The notes beneath the pieces were generated by a model. It worked only from the letters and a program-made list of their open reading frames with translations. It had not been told where the DNA came from and ran no database searches. Shown in pieces: positions 20,199-32,000 of a DNA stretch of 64,000 nucleotides. Made by a program: the position numbers and the translations under genes. Every line of letters starts with the position of its first letter. The first letter of the stretch is position 1. Source of the stretch: a virus (Duplodnaviria; Caudoviricetes); the IMG/VR virus record IMGVR_UViG_3300012983_000034, positions 1 to 64,000 of that record; one strand, written 5' to 3'.

Positions 20199-23100
20199 AA
20201 TAATTTTGCCATTTCGTCGGGCGGCATTGGCGAAGCTATGGAGAGGTCTGCCTCTTCAATGGTGGCTGCAAACAATACGATTGATGAAACTCTGGCGTTA
20301 ATTACGGCGGCTAACACCGTTGTGCAAAATCCCGATGCTGTAGGCACCGCCTTTAAAACGATTTCCATGAGAATTCGTGGTGCAAAAACCGAACTTGAAG
20401 AAGCAGGTCTTGAAACCGAAGGTATGGTGCAATCTACCGCCAAACTCCGTCAGGAGATTATGGCTCTCTCTGGTGTTGATATCATGGAGGCTGATGGACA
20501 AACATTTAAATCAACATATGTCATTTTGGATGAGCTTGCTCTAAAATGGAAAGACCTTTCTGACATTCAGCAAGCTACTATTACAGAATTAATAGCTGGT
20601 AAGCGTCAGGGTAATATCATTTCCAGCTTAATGAATAATTTCCAAACAGCCAGAGACGCATTGGAAACATCTCTTGGAGCTTCTGGTTCTGCTATGAAAG
20701 AACACGCCAAATGGAGCGAATCTCTTGAGGCTCGTTTGAATAAGCTTAAAGCTACTTGGCAAAGTTTATCTCAATCGTTTTTAAATTCCGATTTCTTAAA
20801 AATTGTCATAGAATCACTTAAAATATTAGTAGATATTCTTGATAAAGTAACAAGAAAACTTGGCACTTTTGGTACAATTGGTCTTGGTGCTGGTATTTTT
20901 GGATTATTTAAAAACAGAAGTAGTTTTTCTGGCATATTAGGCTCCCTTTCTTCGTTTGGTCAATTAGCATCGGAAGCGTGGCGTTCTGGTGGTAAATTAA
21001 TTGATAGATTTAAAGGCGTTGGGAAGGCTGCTGGTATGGCTGGTGGCGATATTGCAAAATCATTTACTGGTTCGTTGTCTGGAATAGTTGGTGGCATTGG
21101 GCTGGCGGTATCCGCAATCGGTCTTATAGTTAGTGCTTATAAAAATTACAGAGAAGAGATTTCTAGGGCAAGACAAGAAACCATACAATCAAGCAATGAA
21201 TTTTTGGATGCTGCTGGTTCATTCGAACAAGCTTATATCAAGTATTCTGGAAGAACAGATTTAACCGTTGAAGAAGAGGCTGAATTAGAATCTGCAATTA
21301 AAGGCACTGTAGATGCTCTTGGTGATAAATCTAGCGCTTTGCAAGATACTGTCAATAGCAGCAATGACTATATCGCATCTCTTGAGGCGATTACAAAGGC
21401 GGAGTTGAAAGCTGCCGAAAGTATAGCAAAAGAAAAGAAAGTCGCTGCTGAAAAAGAATTAAAAGATGTTGTTAAGCCAGATATTCTTGGTGCATTAGAT
21501 GCTAAAACTAGTTCTATAAGCGTTGTAATTGAAAGAAGAAAAAAAAATAAGGATAATCCAGACGATGCAAGCGAAGATGAAAAAATTGCACGAGAAGCTG
21601 CTGGTAAATACTACGGATTCATAAATTCTGATAGGGCAATAAAGCGTTATGGATTTCAATTGCCAAAGAATGCAAGCGTAGAAGAAATTGTTGATTATTA
21701 TTATACTCTTATTGAAGCCAAAAATAGATTGATAGAAGAAAATTTGACTGAGAATGATACATTTGATGCAATAAACGTGGCTATTAATAAGGTGTCGGAT
21801 GCGGTTGCAACATATGAAAACGGCTTATATGACCTTGCAAAAGCACAATATGAATCACAAAATGGCATTCCAAAGACGACTGAAGAATATCTTAAGATGC
21901 GAGAGAGTATTCTTAATGAAATTGGCGGAACGACTGATACTAGAAAAACAATAGCTAATACATTAGACTCTGAATACGGTCAAATGTTTGATTTGACATC
22001 TGCTGAGATTCAATCTAAAAAACTTATCGGCGTTGTCGATGATTTTGATGAAGAAAGAGCAAGAGAAGTTGAAGTACTTCTTAATATGAGAACCGCCGTA
22101 AATAATGGCGAATGTAGTGTTGGAGAATATATTTCTGAATTTGATAAAGTCGATGCTATTGCGAGAGGCTTTGGAAAAGAAGACTACAAAGAAATAGCGT
22201 TAGCTTTTGGTCTTGATACTGATTCAATAAAAGAACAATATAAAGACCTAAAGATAAAATTAACAGATGATTATTATAAGATTGAAATGTCTGATGATGA
22301 TGCTAAGACATTTTTGGATAATTTAAGTTTTAGAGAATTGTCTGCTTCCAGAGATTTGTTCAGCTCCAATAATGAAGATTTCAAGAATATTCTTAAGGGA
22401 TATAGCGATACTCTTAATGAAGCAAAAAAAGAAAGTGTAGATTTTTCTAAGACTGTATTTGGAAATATAGATACAAATGCAAGAAAAACACTCGAATGGA
22501 CAAGCGAAAATCTTGAAAAGTACAAAGATGAGCTTATGTCTTTTGAGCCAGATGGTGCTAAATGGGAAGATGTAAAAAAGAATTATGAAGGAACCATTTC
22601 TACCGTTATGGGGATGTGGGACACTTTTGAAATAGATGGCAAAAAAGTTGATATTGCATTCTCCCCCATGCTTCAAACTGACAGCGGTGTAGAAGTTTTA
22701 TCTGGTGGAACTTTAGATAGTTATATTAAAGAGTTAATTGCCAAAGCTACTGAAGATGGCAAGTGGACAAATGAAGAACTTCTTAAACTTGATGCGGAAG
22801 GTCTTGAAATTGACGGTCAAAAGATAAAGGGTGTTTTGGCAGATATCGGCAATACTGCACAACAAACTGCAAGTCAAATGCACTTTGTTGGTAAAGATGG
22901 TGCTCTTGCATTAGCGGAAAAAGAGCTTTTTGCAATAATTGAAGCTCAAGCAAAAATCAATGATGCATTAAATTTTAGTGCAAGTATAGAAGTAGATAAA
23001 ACAGCACTTGAAACTTTTAATACTGCGCTCGAAGAATCTGCTTCTGCAATGGGTTTGTCAGAAGAGTCGATAGATAGCCTAAGTGCGAAGTATAAAAACC

Positions 23101-26100
23101 TTGAAAGTTATGACCCTTCTCTCTTATTTGAAGCGACTGCTAATGGTGTTAAAGTAAATCGAGAAGAACTTGCAAAGCTTGAAAAAGAATATAATAACTT
23201 ATCAAAAACTAAGGTACAAGAACATCTTGATACTCTTACCGATAAATATAACGATGTTACGGCAGAAATTGACAAGTGTACTAATGCCGCTGAGAGAGCA
23301 AAGTTAATTAATGAGCGTGAAACATATAAAACAAAAATTGAAGAACTTGCCGAATACCAATCACAATTAGAAGGTGTAACTGGAGCTTATCAGAGATGGA
23401 TTGATGCTCAAAATGCACCAGAAAATTATGAAGGTTATGAAGCGGTTGCTACTAGTCGTGAAGATATCAAGGACGAAATTGGCAGAGGATTCATAAGTAA
23501 TGCATCAAAAGAATATATCGATTTGTTGTCTGGAAAGGATTTGCAAGGCGGAACAATTGATGATTATGCTAATGCTTGGGGTAAACTCGATGACAAAATT
23601 ACTGGTGCTGGGCATAGTATAAATGACTTCTTTACTGTTAATGACGATGGTGATATTACTGCCACTGGTATTGACCGATTCTTTAAGAGTTTACAGACAG
23701 ACTTTAAGGGTAGTGTTGCAAACTTTGACAAAGAGACTAAAAAGTGGACATACGACTTTGGCTCAGAAAATCTTGAAAAAATTCAAGAAAAATGGGGTAT
23801 CGGTATTGAAGCTATCGAGTTATTGCTTGAAGCTGCTGTTTCTGCTGGATATGACATTGACTGGGGCGGCATTCTTGACGGAATAGACTTAGATACTTCT
23901 AATTTTGAAACTTTGGTATCTGCTGCTGAAGTCGCACAAGAAGCTTTTAATAAACTCGATGGCGTTGATGATGTTAATTTTAATTTTACTGCAACTGGTG
24001 TCAAAGAAGCTACTACCGAAGTTGATAAAGCACGAGAAGCATACAATAAACTTATAACTAATAAGGACGGCACTATTAATCTTAATGCTAATGGAGCCGA
24101 AGAGATGCGACTTATGCTTGCAACTCTGCTTATTCAAAAACAACAGCTCGAAGATTCTAATATTGTAATGAATGTAGATACTTCTCAACTTGATAAATCT
24201 CAAGAACATATTGGGAAGGCTATCAATGCTGTAATAAACTTTAGAGAAAAATATAAAAACTTAGAAATTGCAGTAAGTACTGGTCAAGGCATAGAAGAGG
24301 CTAAAACAGAGCTTAATACTGCAATGACAGAATTGCAAGGTCTCGGTGATAAAGGTGTTGATATTGCGGCTCAACTTATGTTGGGTGAGGGCACAGATGG
24401 TGCCACCCTTAAAAGTAAAGTAGATGCCGCAATTAAAGCGGTTGGTAGTCAAGATATTAAAGTTGGTTGTAAGCTTGATGAAACAGCGCTTGGTACTTTA
24501 AATTCTCAAGTATTAACAAATTTTAATCCCGAAGCTACTGTTACAATTACTAAAATAGATGAATCTTTAGTTAATCAATATATTACTACTGAGAAAACTG
24601 CTGATGGTACAGTTAAGTGGAAGAATGACGAATCATTAGTTGTTGAATTCCAAAATAAAACCCACGAAGCAAAAGGTATTGTTAATTGGGCTAATAATGT
24701 AGAAAAAGTTAAAACAAATTTTTCTGCCAACGGTACAGTTAAGTGGTCGAGTGGCAACAAAGTTAAAGTCAGCGTTGTATCAGAAGCAAAAGGCACAGCC
24801 AATGCAAGTGGTACTACTGGAAGCTCTGGTCGTGCATTTGCTCGTGGCGATTGGGGAATTAAAGGTAATGGCACTGCTCTTGGAGGCGAGTTGGGTCAAG
24901 AACTCGTCGTTAGAGACGGTAAATTCTTTACCATAGGCGATAAAGGTGCTGAGTTCTTCCATTATAAGCAAAACGATATTATATTTAATGCGGCTCAAAC
25001 TGAATCTCTGTTCAAGTATGGTGGAATTAAAGGTGCAAAGCCAAGAGGTACAATGCTTGCTGGTGGTACCGCATTTGCAGAAGGAAGGGCGTTTCCTTGG
25101 AGCGCCACAGGAAATACATCGAATTTTGCGTCTAATCGTCAAAACACGAAGACAGAAACGAAAACAACCAAAAAAAATAATTCTGTCACAACAACCACAA
25201 CAACATCTTGGAGTGCGAATGCAAAAGAGTCTGATTTTGTAAATAATCGAAACTCAAAAGCTCAAGAATCTTCTTCTGGCAAATCTTCTTCTTCCAAGTC
25301 AAAAGAGACAGAAAAAGAGTTTGAAGAAACAATTGACTGGGTTGAAGTTGCGCTTAAACGCATTCAAAGAGAAATAGATAACCTTGACCAAAAAGCTGGA
25401 AATGTTTATAAAACTTGGTCTTCAAGAAATAATGCTTTAGCCAAACAAATAAGCGAGGTTGGAGACGAAATCAATCTTCAAAAACAAGCTTATGAACGAT
25501 ATATGCAAGAGGCTAATAGCGTTGGTCTCGATGAATCTTGGGCTAAAAAAGTTCGTGATGGTACTATTGATATAGAGACTATAACGGATGAAGACTTAAA
25601 AGAAAAGATAGATGACTATCAAGATTGGTATGAGAAAGCCCTTGATTGTAAAGATGCCATTGAAGAACTCAAAGAGACCGAAGCCTCTCTTTATGCACAA
25701 CGTTTTGATAATATTCAGTCTCAATATGATGCCATTTTACAAGGTTATGAGCATACAGAAGCTATGCTTAATGAATATATCGCTCAAGCAGAAACAAAGG
25801 GTCATATCGTAAGTAAGAAATATTATGAAGCGTTGATTAGTAATGAAAAGTCTAATATTTCTGAGCTTAAAAAAGAACAATCTGCATTAATTGCCGAAAG
25901 AGACAAGGCTGTTGCAGATGGAAAGATAGAAAAATATAGCGAAGAATGGTATCGCATGTGTAATGACATTGACAGTGTTACTCAGGCGATAGAAGAATCG
26001 ACAACTGCTCTTCTCGAATATGACAATGCTATGCGTGAAATAGACTGGTCTATTTTCGACTTAATCCAAGAGCGTATTTCTAGTGTTACCGAAGAGGCTG

Positions 26101-27815
26101 ATTTCTTAGTCGAATTGATGAGCAACAAAAAACTCTTTGATGATGATGGTAAGTTGGCAAGCCAAGGCTTGGCTACTATGGGATTACACGCTCAAAACTA
26201 TAACACGCATATGTATGCGGCTGATACATACGGTGCTGAAGTTGCTAAGCTTGATAAGCAGATAGCTAAAGACCCGTATGACCAAGAGCTTATCAATCGC
26301 AGAAACGAACTTCTTGAATTGCAAAGAGAATCTATACTTGCTGCTGAAGACGAAAAAAATGCAATTCGTGATATGGTTGAGGAAGGTATTAATCTTGAAC
26401 TTGATGCATTGCAAGAGCTTATCGACAAAAAGAACGAAGAGCTTGAGAGTGAGCGTGACCTTTACGAGTATCAGAAAAAAGTAAAAGAACAAACAGAAGA
26501 AATTGCTTCTCTTGAAAAGCAAATGGCTGCTTACAGCGGTGATGATAGCGATGAGGCAAAGCAAAAGATACAACAAATCAAGGTTGACCTCGAAGCCGCT
26601 CGTCAAGATTTGCAGGAAACAGAATATGATAAACTCATTGACGATACTTCTGCTATGCTAGATACTCTATACAATGAATACGAGCTTATTCTAAATACTC
26701 GTCTTGATAATATTGACCACCTACTCGAAAGCGTAATCGAAAGCATCAATGCTGCTGCGAGTGCTGACGGTACTATTGCAAGCGCCCTTGGTTCTGAGGG
26801 TGCAATAGCAATTGCCGTAAGCAATAATGCAACTTCAATCAAGGATACATTAGCATCTGAAGCAAAGAATGTTGGACTCACCCTCTCTTCTGCAATGAAT
26901 AATATTTGGAGTGTTGGTGAAGGTAATGCAAAGTCTGTATTGACAATGTATGGTGAAGACTTTAGAACAAAGTCCACCACCATAATTACGACATTGAACG
27001 GCATAAAATCTGATATTGCTGCAATGGTCGATGATGTTGATAAGGACGCAAAGAAGAAAACCACTGCCAATAAGACTGCTACTTCTGCAAAGAAGAGTCC
27101 GACTACTACCACCACTACTAAAAAACCTGATACCGATAAACCGACAACAACAAAACCAACCACATCTTCTGGCGGTGATGGAAAGCCAAAGGTTGGTGAC
27201 AAAGTTAAGTTTATTAGTGGTAAGTATTATTACGATTCACAAGGTAAAAAGCCACTTGGCTCTAAATATCAGGGAAAAGAAGTTTATATTACCAATATTA
27301 ATACAAAGAGTTGGGCGACTCATCCTTACCATATTAGTACTGGAACTAAACTTGGAAAAGGCGACTTGGGTTGGCTTAAACTTAATCAAATTAGTGGTTA
27401 TGCAACTGGCAAGAAGAAAATACCTAACAATGAATATGCTTGGACACAAGAAAACGGTCAAGAATATATAGTTAGACCTTCTGATGGTGCTATCCTTACA
27501 CCAGTTGCTAAAGACGATAGTATTCTTAATGCTGCTGCAAGTGGTAATATTTGGAATATGGCTAATAATCCTGCTGAGTTTATTAAAGATAATCTCAAGT
27601 TGGATAACTCAAATATTCCCAATGGTTCAAATGTTAATAATACTTATTCACAACACATTGATAATGTTGTGTTTAGGATGGATAATGTTAAGAACTATGA
27701 AGAGTTGTTATATGCTATGCAAAAAGATAAGAATTTTGAAAAATTAATTCTTTCTATGAGCGTTGATAGATTGGCTGGCAAGAGCAGTCTTGCAAAGGGC
27801 AAGTCTATCAGATAG
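20199..27815 (+). CDS. Tape measure protein, exon 2
   Basis: NNFAISSGGIGEAMERSAS...VGTAFKTISMRIRG...IAGKRQ; long coiled coils; SH3-like domain and GYATG near the C-terminus; no RBS at the ORF start. Confidence 0.9.
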   Translation, partial: NNFAISSGGIGEAMERSASSMVAANNTIDETLALITAANTVVQNPDAVGTAFKTISMRIRGAKTELEEAGLETEGMVQSTAKLRQEIMALSGVDIMEADGQTFKSTYVILDELALKWKDLSDIQQATITELIAGKRQGNIISSLMNNFQTARDALETSLGASGSAMKEHAKWSESLEARLNKLKATWQSLSQSFLNSDFLKIVIESLKILVDILDKVTRKLGTFGTIGLGAGIFGLFKNRSSFSGILGSLSSFGQLASEAWRSGGKLIDRFKGVGKAAGMAGGDIAKSFTGSLSGIVGGIGLAVSAIGLIVSAYKNYREEISRARQETIQSSNEFLDAAGSFEQAYIKYSGRTDLTVEEEAELESAIKGTVDALGDKSSALQDTVNSSNDYIASLEAITKAELKAAESIAKEKKVAAEKELKDVVKPDILGALDAKTSSISVVIERRKKNKDNPDDASEDEKIAREAAGKYYGFINSDRAIKRYGFQLPKNASVEEIVDYYYTLIEAKNRLIEENLTENDTFDAINVAINKVSDAVATYENGLYDLAKAQYESQNGIPKTTEEYLKMRESILNEIGGTTDTRKTIANTLDSEYGQMFDLTSAEIQSKKLIGVVDDFDEERAREVEVLLNMRTAVNNGECSVGEYISEFDKVDAIARGFGKEDYKEIALAFGLDTDSIKEQYKDLKIKLTDDYYKIEMSDDDAKTFLDNLSFRELSASRDLFSSNNEDFKNILKGYSDTLNEAKKESVDFSKTVFGNIDTNARKTLEWTSENLEKYKDELMSFEPDGAKWEDVKKNYEGTISTVMGMWDTFEIDGKKVDIAFSPMLQTDSGVEVLSGGTLDSYIKELIAKATEDGKWTNEELLKLDAEGLEIDGQKIKGVLADIGNTAQQTASQMHFVGKDGALALAEKELFAIIEAQAKINDALNFSASIEVDKTALETFNTALEESASAMGLSEESIDSLSAKYKNLESYDPSLLFEATANGVKVNREELAKLEKEYNNLSKTKVQEHLDTLTDKYNDVTAEIDKCTNAAERAKLINERETYKTKIEELAEYQSQLEGVTGAYQRWIDAQNAPENYEGYEAVATSREDIKDEIGRGFISNASKEYIDLLSGKDLQGGTIDDYANAWGKLDDKITGAGHSINDFFTVNDDGDITATGIDRFFKSLQTDFKGSVANFDKETKKWTYDFGSENLEKIQEKWGIGIEAIELLLEAAVSAGYDIDWGGILDGIDLDTSNFETLVSAAEVAQEAFNKLDGVDDVNFNFTATGVKEATTEVDKAREAYNKLITNKDGTINLNANGAEEMRLMLATLLIQKQQLEDSNIVMNVDTSQLDKSQEHIGKAINAVINFREKYKNLEIAVSTGQGIEEAKTELNTAMTELQGLGDKGVDIAAQLMLGEGTDGATLKSKVDAAIKAVGSQDIKVGCKLDETALGTLNSQVLTNFNPEATVTITKIDESLVNQYITTEKTADGTVKWKNDESLVVEFQNKTHEAKGIVNWANNVEKVKTNFSANGTVKWSSGNKVKVSVVSEAKGTANASGTTGSSGRAFARGDWGIKGNGTALGGELGQELVVRDGKFFTIGDKGAEFFHYKQNDIIFNAAQTESLFKYGGIKGAKPRGTMLAGGTAFAEGRAFPWSATGNTSNFASNRQNTKTETKTTKKNNSVTTTTTTSWSANAKESDFVNNRNSKAQESSSGKSSSSKSKETEKEFEETIDWVEVALKRIQREIDNLDQKAGNVYKTWSSRNNALAKQISEVGDEINLQKQAYERYMQEANSVGLDESWAKKVRDGTIDIETITDEDLKEKIDDYQDWYEKALDCKDAIEELKETEASLYAQRFDNIQSQYDAILQGYEHTEAMLNEYIAQAETKGHIVSKKYYEALISNEKSNISELKKEQSALIAERDKAVADGKIEKYSEEWYRMCNDIDSVTQAIEESTTALLEYDNAMREIDWSIFDLIQERISSVTEEADFLVELMSNKKLFDDDGKLASQGLATMGLHAQNYNTHMYAADTYGAEVAKLDKQIAKDPYDQELINRRNELLELQRESILAAEDEKNAIRDMVEEGINLELDALQELIDKKNEELESERDLYEYQKKVKEQTEEIASLEKQMAAYSGDDSDEAKQKIQQIKVDLEAARQDLQETEYDKLIDDTSAMLDTLYNEYELILNTRLDNIDHLLESVIESINAAASADGTIASALGSEGAIAIAVSNNATSIKDTLASEAKNVGLTLSSAMNNIWSVGEGNAKSVLTMYGEDFRTKSTTIITTLNGIKSDIAAMVDDVDKDAKKKTTANKTATSAKKSPTTTTTTKKPDTDKPTTTKPTTSSGGDGKPKVGDKVKFISGKYYYDSQGKKPLGSKYQGKEVYITNINTKSWATHPYHISTGTKLGKGDLGWLKLNQISGYATGKKKIPNNEYAWTQENGQEYIVRPSDGAILTPVAKDDSILNAAASGNIWNMANNPAEFIKDNLKLDNSNIPNGSNVNNTYSQHIDNVVFRMDNVKNYEELLYAMQKDKNFEKLILSMSVDRLAGKSSLAKGKSIR

Positions 27816-27872
27816 TCGGCATGGAGACTTTAAACCCGTGCCATTGCAGAATAAACTGCTTAAAATTATTGT

Positions 27873-27908
27873 GGGAGACAGATATATTTATCTGTCTCCC
27901 CTCTTTTG
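27873..27908 (+). terminator. Rho-independent terminator
   Basis: GGGAGACAGATA-TATT-TATCTGTCTCCC + CTCTTTT. Confidence 0.75.
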
Positions 27909-27926
27909 ATTTGAGGTGCAAATAAA

Positions 27927-28229
27927 ATGAATGAAAAGAATTTTAAAAAAAGATTAGATTTTCAAAACAAGATGATTTCTCGTCAGTCAGAACAGATTGA
28001 ATCATTAAAATTAGAAATCGAAAAATTTAAACAAAAACTAAAAGAAAAAGATGAAATAATTAATGCTGTAGAACCAACGAGAAAGGAAATGGCGGAAAGC
28101 ATTAAAGAACATCAAAGATTAAAAAAAGAATACAAAGACTTAGTTGAAGAACTGAGGAAGATGAAAGAAATTATGAATATGACCGTTTATAAAGGTCGGT
28201 GGAAATTAATAAGATTTCTTATAAAATAA
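27927..28229 (+). CDS. Small basic coiled-coil protein
   Basis: Heptad-rich 100-aa ORF with GAGGT RBS. Confidence 0.65.
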   Translation: MNEKNFKKRLDFQNKMISRQSEQIESLKLEIEKFKQKLKEKDEIINAVEPTRKEMAESIKEHQRLKKEYKDLVEELRKMKEIMNMTVYKGRWKLIRFLIK

Positions 28230-28262
28230 TAAAAATTTAAATTAGAAAAGAGGTGATGAAAT

Positions 28263-29054
28263 ATGAAGGCACTCGATTTTGAATTTGATGGTAAGCGTTT
28301 AAGCGACTTTGGAATGATTCTGTGTAAATTTGATTCAGGTGGGATAGACACGGTTGATGGTGTTCAAATATCCTTTAACACGGTGTCAACTTTAAACGGA
28401 GCAAAACACGAGTTGGTTAGTACTGTATATGAAGATTGTTTAGAGACTACTTTGCAAATATGTAAACATTCTTGTACTGATGGTATTCAAGAAATAACCG
28501 CAACAGAACACAGAGAATTAACCAAATGGCTTAGCAGAAAGAAATTTTTAAAATTTAAGATACTTGATAATGATTATATTGATTTGTATTTTGAAGTAAT
28601 GTTCAACATAAGTAAAATTGAAATGAATGGCGGAATTGTCGGATTTGAACTTGATGTAAAAACAAATCGTCCGTTTGCTCTTAAAGAACCGAGGATAATT
28701 AATATAGAAAATATAGTAACAAATGGCAAACACTCCGTTAATGATATTTCATACGAAGAGGGTTATATTTATCCATATACTGAAATCACTATAAGTGAAA
28801 ATGGTGATTTAAATATACATAACGCTTTAGAGGATAGAAGTACCTATATTGCTAACTGTGTTGCTGGTGAGGTTATTACCATGGAATATCCTATTATTCG
28901 GTCTTCTATTTCATCTCATAATATACAAAACGACTTTAACTGGAATTTCTTTAGGGTAGCAAATACTTTTGAGAATAGTAGAAATGATTTAACCATCTCT
29001 CTGCCTTGTTCTATTAAGATTAAATACTCCCCCATTGTTAAAGTTGGTTTATAA
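28263..29054 (+). CDS. Distal tail protein (Dit)
   Basis: DFEFDGKRLSDFG N-terminus; follows the TMP gene. Confidence 0.75.
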   Translation: MKALDFEFDGKRLSDFGMILCKFDSGGIDTVDGVQISFNTVSTLNGAKHELVSTVYEDCLETTLQICKHSCTDGIQEITATEHRELTKWLSRKKFLKFKILDNDYIDLYFEVMFNISKIEMNGGIVGFELDVKTNRPFALKEPRIINIENIVTNGKHSVNDISYEEGYIYPYTEITISENGDLNIHNALEDRSTYIANCVAGEVITMEYPIIRSSISSHNIQNDFNWNFFRVANTFENSRNDLTISLPCSIKIKYSPIVKVGL

Positions 29055-29067
29055 GGTGGTGTAGGTT

Positions 29068-32000
29068 ATGGCGATTGATATTAAATTCGATTTAACAAAT
29101 AATCCAGAATCACCTACTATAGTATTGGCAAATCGTAATGGTAATATGCTTGGACAGTTGGATGTTGATGTTAACAGTATTGATATGTCTGATAAATTTA
29201 ACGATGCATCAGAATTTAGTTTTGCATTGTATAAATATGTAAATGATAAGTTGACTAATTTATGGGACAAGGTATTAGATTTTAAACTTGTATACTGTAA
29301 AGAATGGGATGAATGGTTTGAAATCAAAGTTGAACTTGACGAAGCGACTGAGACCGTTAAAACGGTATTCTGTACGCAATTAGAAAAGTCAGAATTATCT
29401 CAATTAAATCTATATAATATTGAAATCAATACAGAAGCAGACATTGAACGAGATGATTATAAAATCTGCATTTTATATGATAAGGATGATGCTGACGCTT
29501 CTATCTTAAACAGATTATTAAAGGATAAAGCACCGCATTATTCTATTGCACACGTAGATTCTACGATTGCCAAGATACAAAGAAGTTTTTCTTTTGATGG
29601 AACTTCTATTGATGACGCATTCCAAGAAATTGCAGAAGAAATTGGATGTGTATTTATTTATCATTCATATTTAGAAGAAGATAAGATTTTAAGAAGAACC
29701 ATATCTGTCTATGACTTACAACAAACTTGCAATGATTGTGGTTATAGAGGTGAATTTACAGATGTTTGTCCTAAGTGTAATAGTGCAAATGTCACAAATG
29801 GATATGGTGAAGATACTCTAATTTTTGTAACTTCTGACGAATTGGCATCTGGTGGAATTGAATTGGTTACAGATACTGATGCAGTTAAAAATTGCTTTAA
29901 GCTTGAAGCTGGTGACGATTTAATGACTGCAACTGTAAGAAACTGTAATCCAAATGGAACTGATTACATTTGGTATTTTTCAGACAGTATGAAGGAAGAT
30001 ATGTCAGATGAATTGGTTAAAAAATTAGAGTCTTACGATGAGTTATATAAAAACCATTATAATAATAGCGAGTATGATGTTGACGCAAATTTACTAAATA
30101 GTTTTAATACTCTTGTAGACAAGTATTCTGCATTCAACAAAGACTTACAAAAGATAACTACACCAATTGTTGGTTATCCTTCTTTAATGAATGCTTATTA
30201 TAATACTATTGATTTGGCACTATATCTTAAGTCTGGTCTTATGCCAAGCGTAGAAATGAGCGATACAACCGCAGAAGAACAAGCTAGTTTATTAACCTCT
30301 CCCCCCCTCTCCCCTATCGCTGTCGCAGATATAACAGTCGCTTCTTTGGCTACTATGAATAGCGCTGTTTTGGCAATGGCAAAGATTATTGTGAAGTCTA
30401 CTTATAAAGTACAAGTCAAAGAGTCTGAAACATATGATGATGGCAATAAAAAATACTGGAAAGGTAATTTTGTTGTTGCCAATTATTCAGATGAAGAAGA
30501 TATTGCAATTAGCGATATTATTACTGTAGAAGTAAACGACGACTTGGAAACTTCTATTAAGCAGCAAATCGAAAAAGCATTAAACAAAGAAGATACAGAT
30601 GATTTAAGCATTACTGGTTTGTTCGAAAGGGGATATGATGAGTTTTGTTTAGAATTGAAAAAATATGCATTAAATCCATTAATCAGTTTTCGTGATGCTT
30701 GTCAATCTTGTATCAATATATTAATAGAGCAAGGTGTTGGAAGTGATAATACTTGGTCTAATGACAAAGAGGGTTCCGAAGGTAATTTATACGAGAATTT
30801 ATATGTACCTTATTATAATAAGTTAATAGCTATTGAATCTGAAATGAAAACCAGAGAAGACGAAATTAGTATTATTACAGGCACATATGATTTAGACGGT
30901 AACTTAACTGTTAATGGGCTGAAAACAGATATTGAAAAATGTCAAGTAGAAATTAAAAATACTCTTGACTTCGAGAAGTATTTGGGCAAAAAACTGTGGA
31001 TAGAATTTTGTGCTTATCGTAGAGATGACACATATTCAAATGAAAATTATATCTCAGACGGTTTAAACAATGCCGAATTATTTAAAAAGGCATTGGAGTT
31101 CTTTGAGGTTGCAGAGAATGAAATTTATAAATCTGCTGAATTACAACACTCTATTTCCACTACCTTAAATAATTTATTGGCTATTCCAAAGTTTAAAGAG
31201 TTAGTAAAATATTTTAAAGTTGGTAATTGGATTCGTGTTCAAGTCGATGAAAAAATCTTTAAGCTTAGGTTGCTTAAATATGATATTAGCTATAGTGATT
31301 TTGATAATATTTCTGTTGATTTTTCAGATATTACTAAAATAAAAAATGGCGTTACAGATGTACAAGATATTATATCTCAGGCATCTTCTATGGCTAGTTC
31401 TTACTCCTCTGTTCAAAAACAAGCAAAGCAAGGAGAAAGAAGCAATGCCGTTTTAAATAATTGGGTTGAAAATGGACTTAATACAACTCAAGCAGAGATT
31501 GTTGATAGCGTTGATAAGAATTTATTGTTTGGTAAAAATGGTTTTTGGTGTAGACAATATGACCCAGTTACAGAAACTTATGGTGATGAACAAATAAAAA
31601 TCATAAACTCTACTATTGCTATCACAGATGACAATTGGAAAACCACTAAAACAGCAATAGGAAAATTTTATTATGTTGACCCTGTTACTGGAGAGTTAAA
31701 AACAGCTTATGGCGTAAACGGAGAAACCATAGTAGGCAAATTCATATTGGGCGAAAACATGTCAATGCAAAATGAGTCTGGTGGTATGAAGTTTGATGGT
31801 GATGGATTAAGTGTTACAAATGGCAAAAACACTGTAAAAATTAGTCCAAACACCAAAGAAGTCATAAGTATTAGTAATGGCGATGAAAGCGTTTTTAATG
31901 TCAATGAAGATGGCGAACTTAGTATCAATGGCAATATTATTGCTCGTAGCTTAAAGTTGGAAAATGGAGTTACAATTGATTCTGGTGTTATTACTAATTT

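Noticed and set aside
27818-27860. Fluoride (crcB) riboswitch resemblance
   Set aside because: Lacks the GGCGAUG...GAUGAC.CCUAC consensus and a relevant downstream gene
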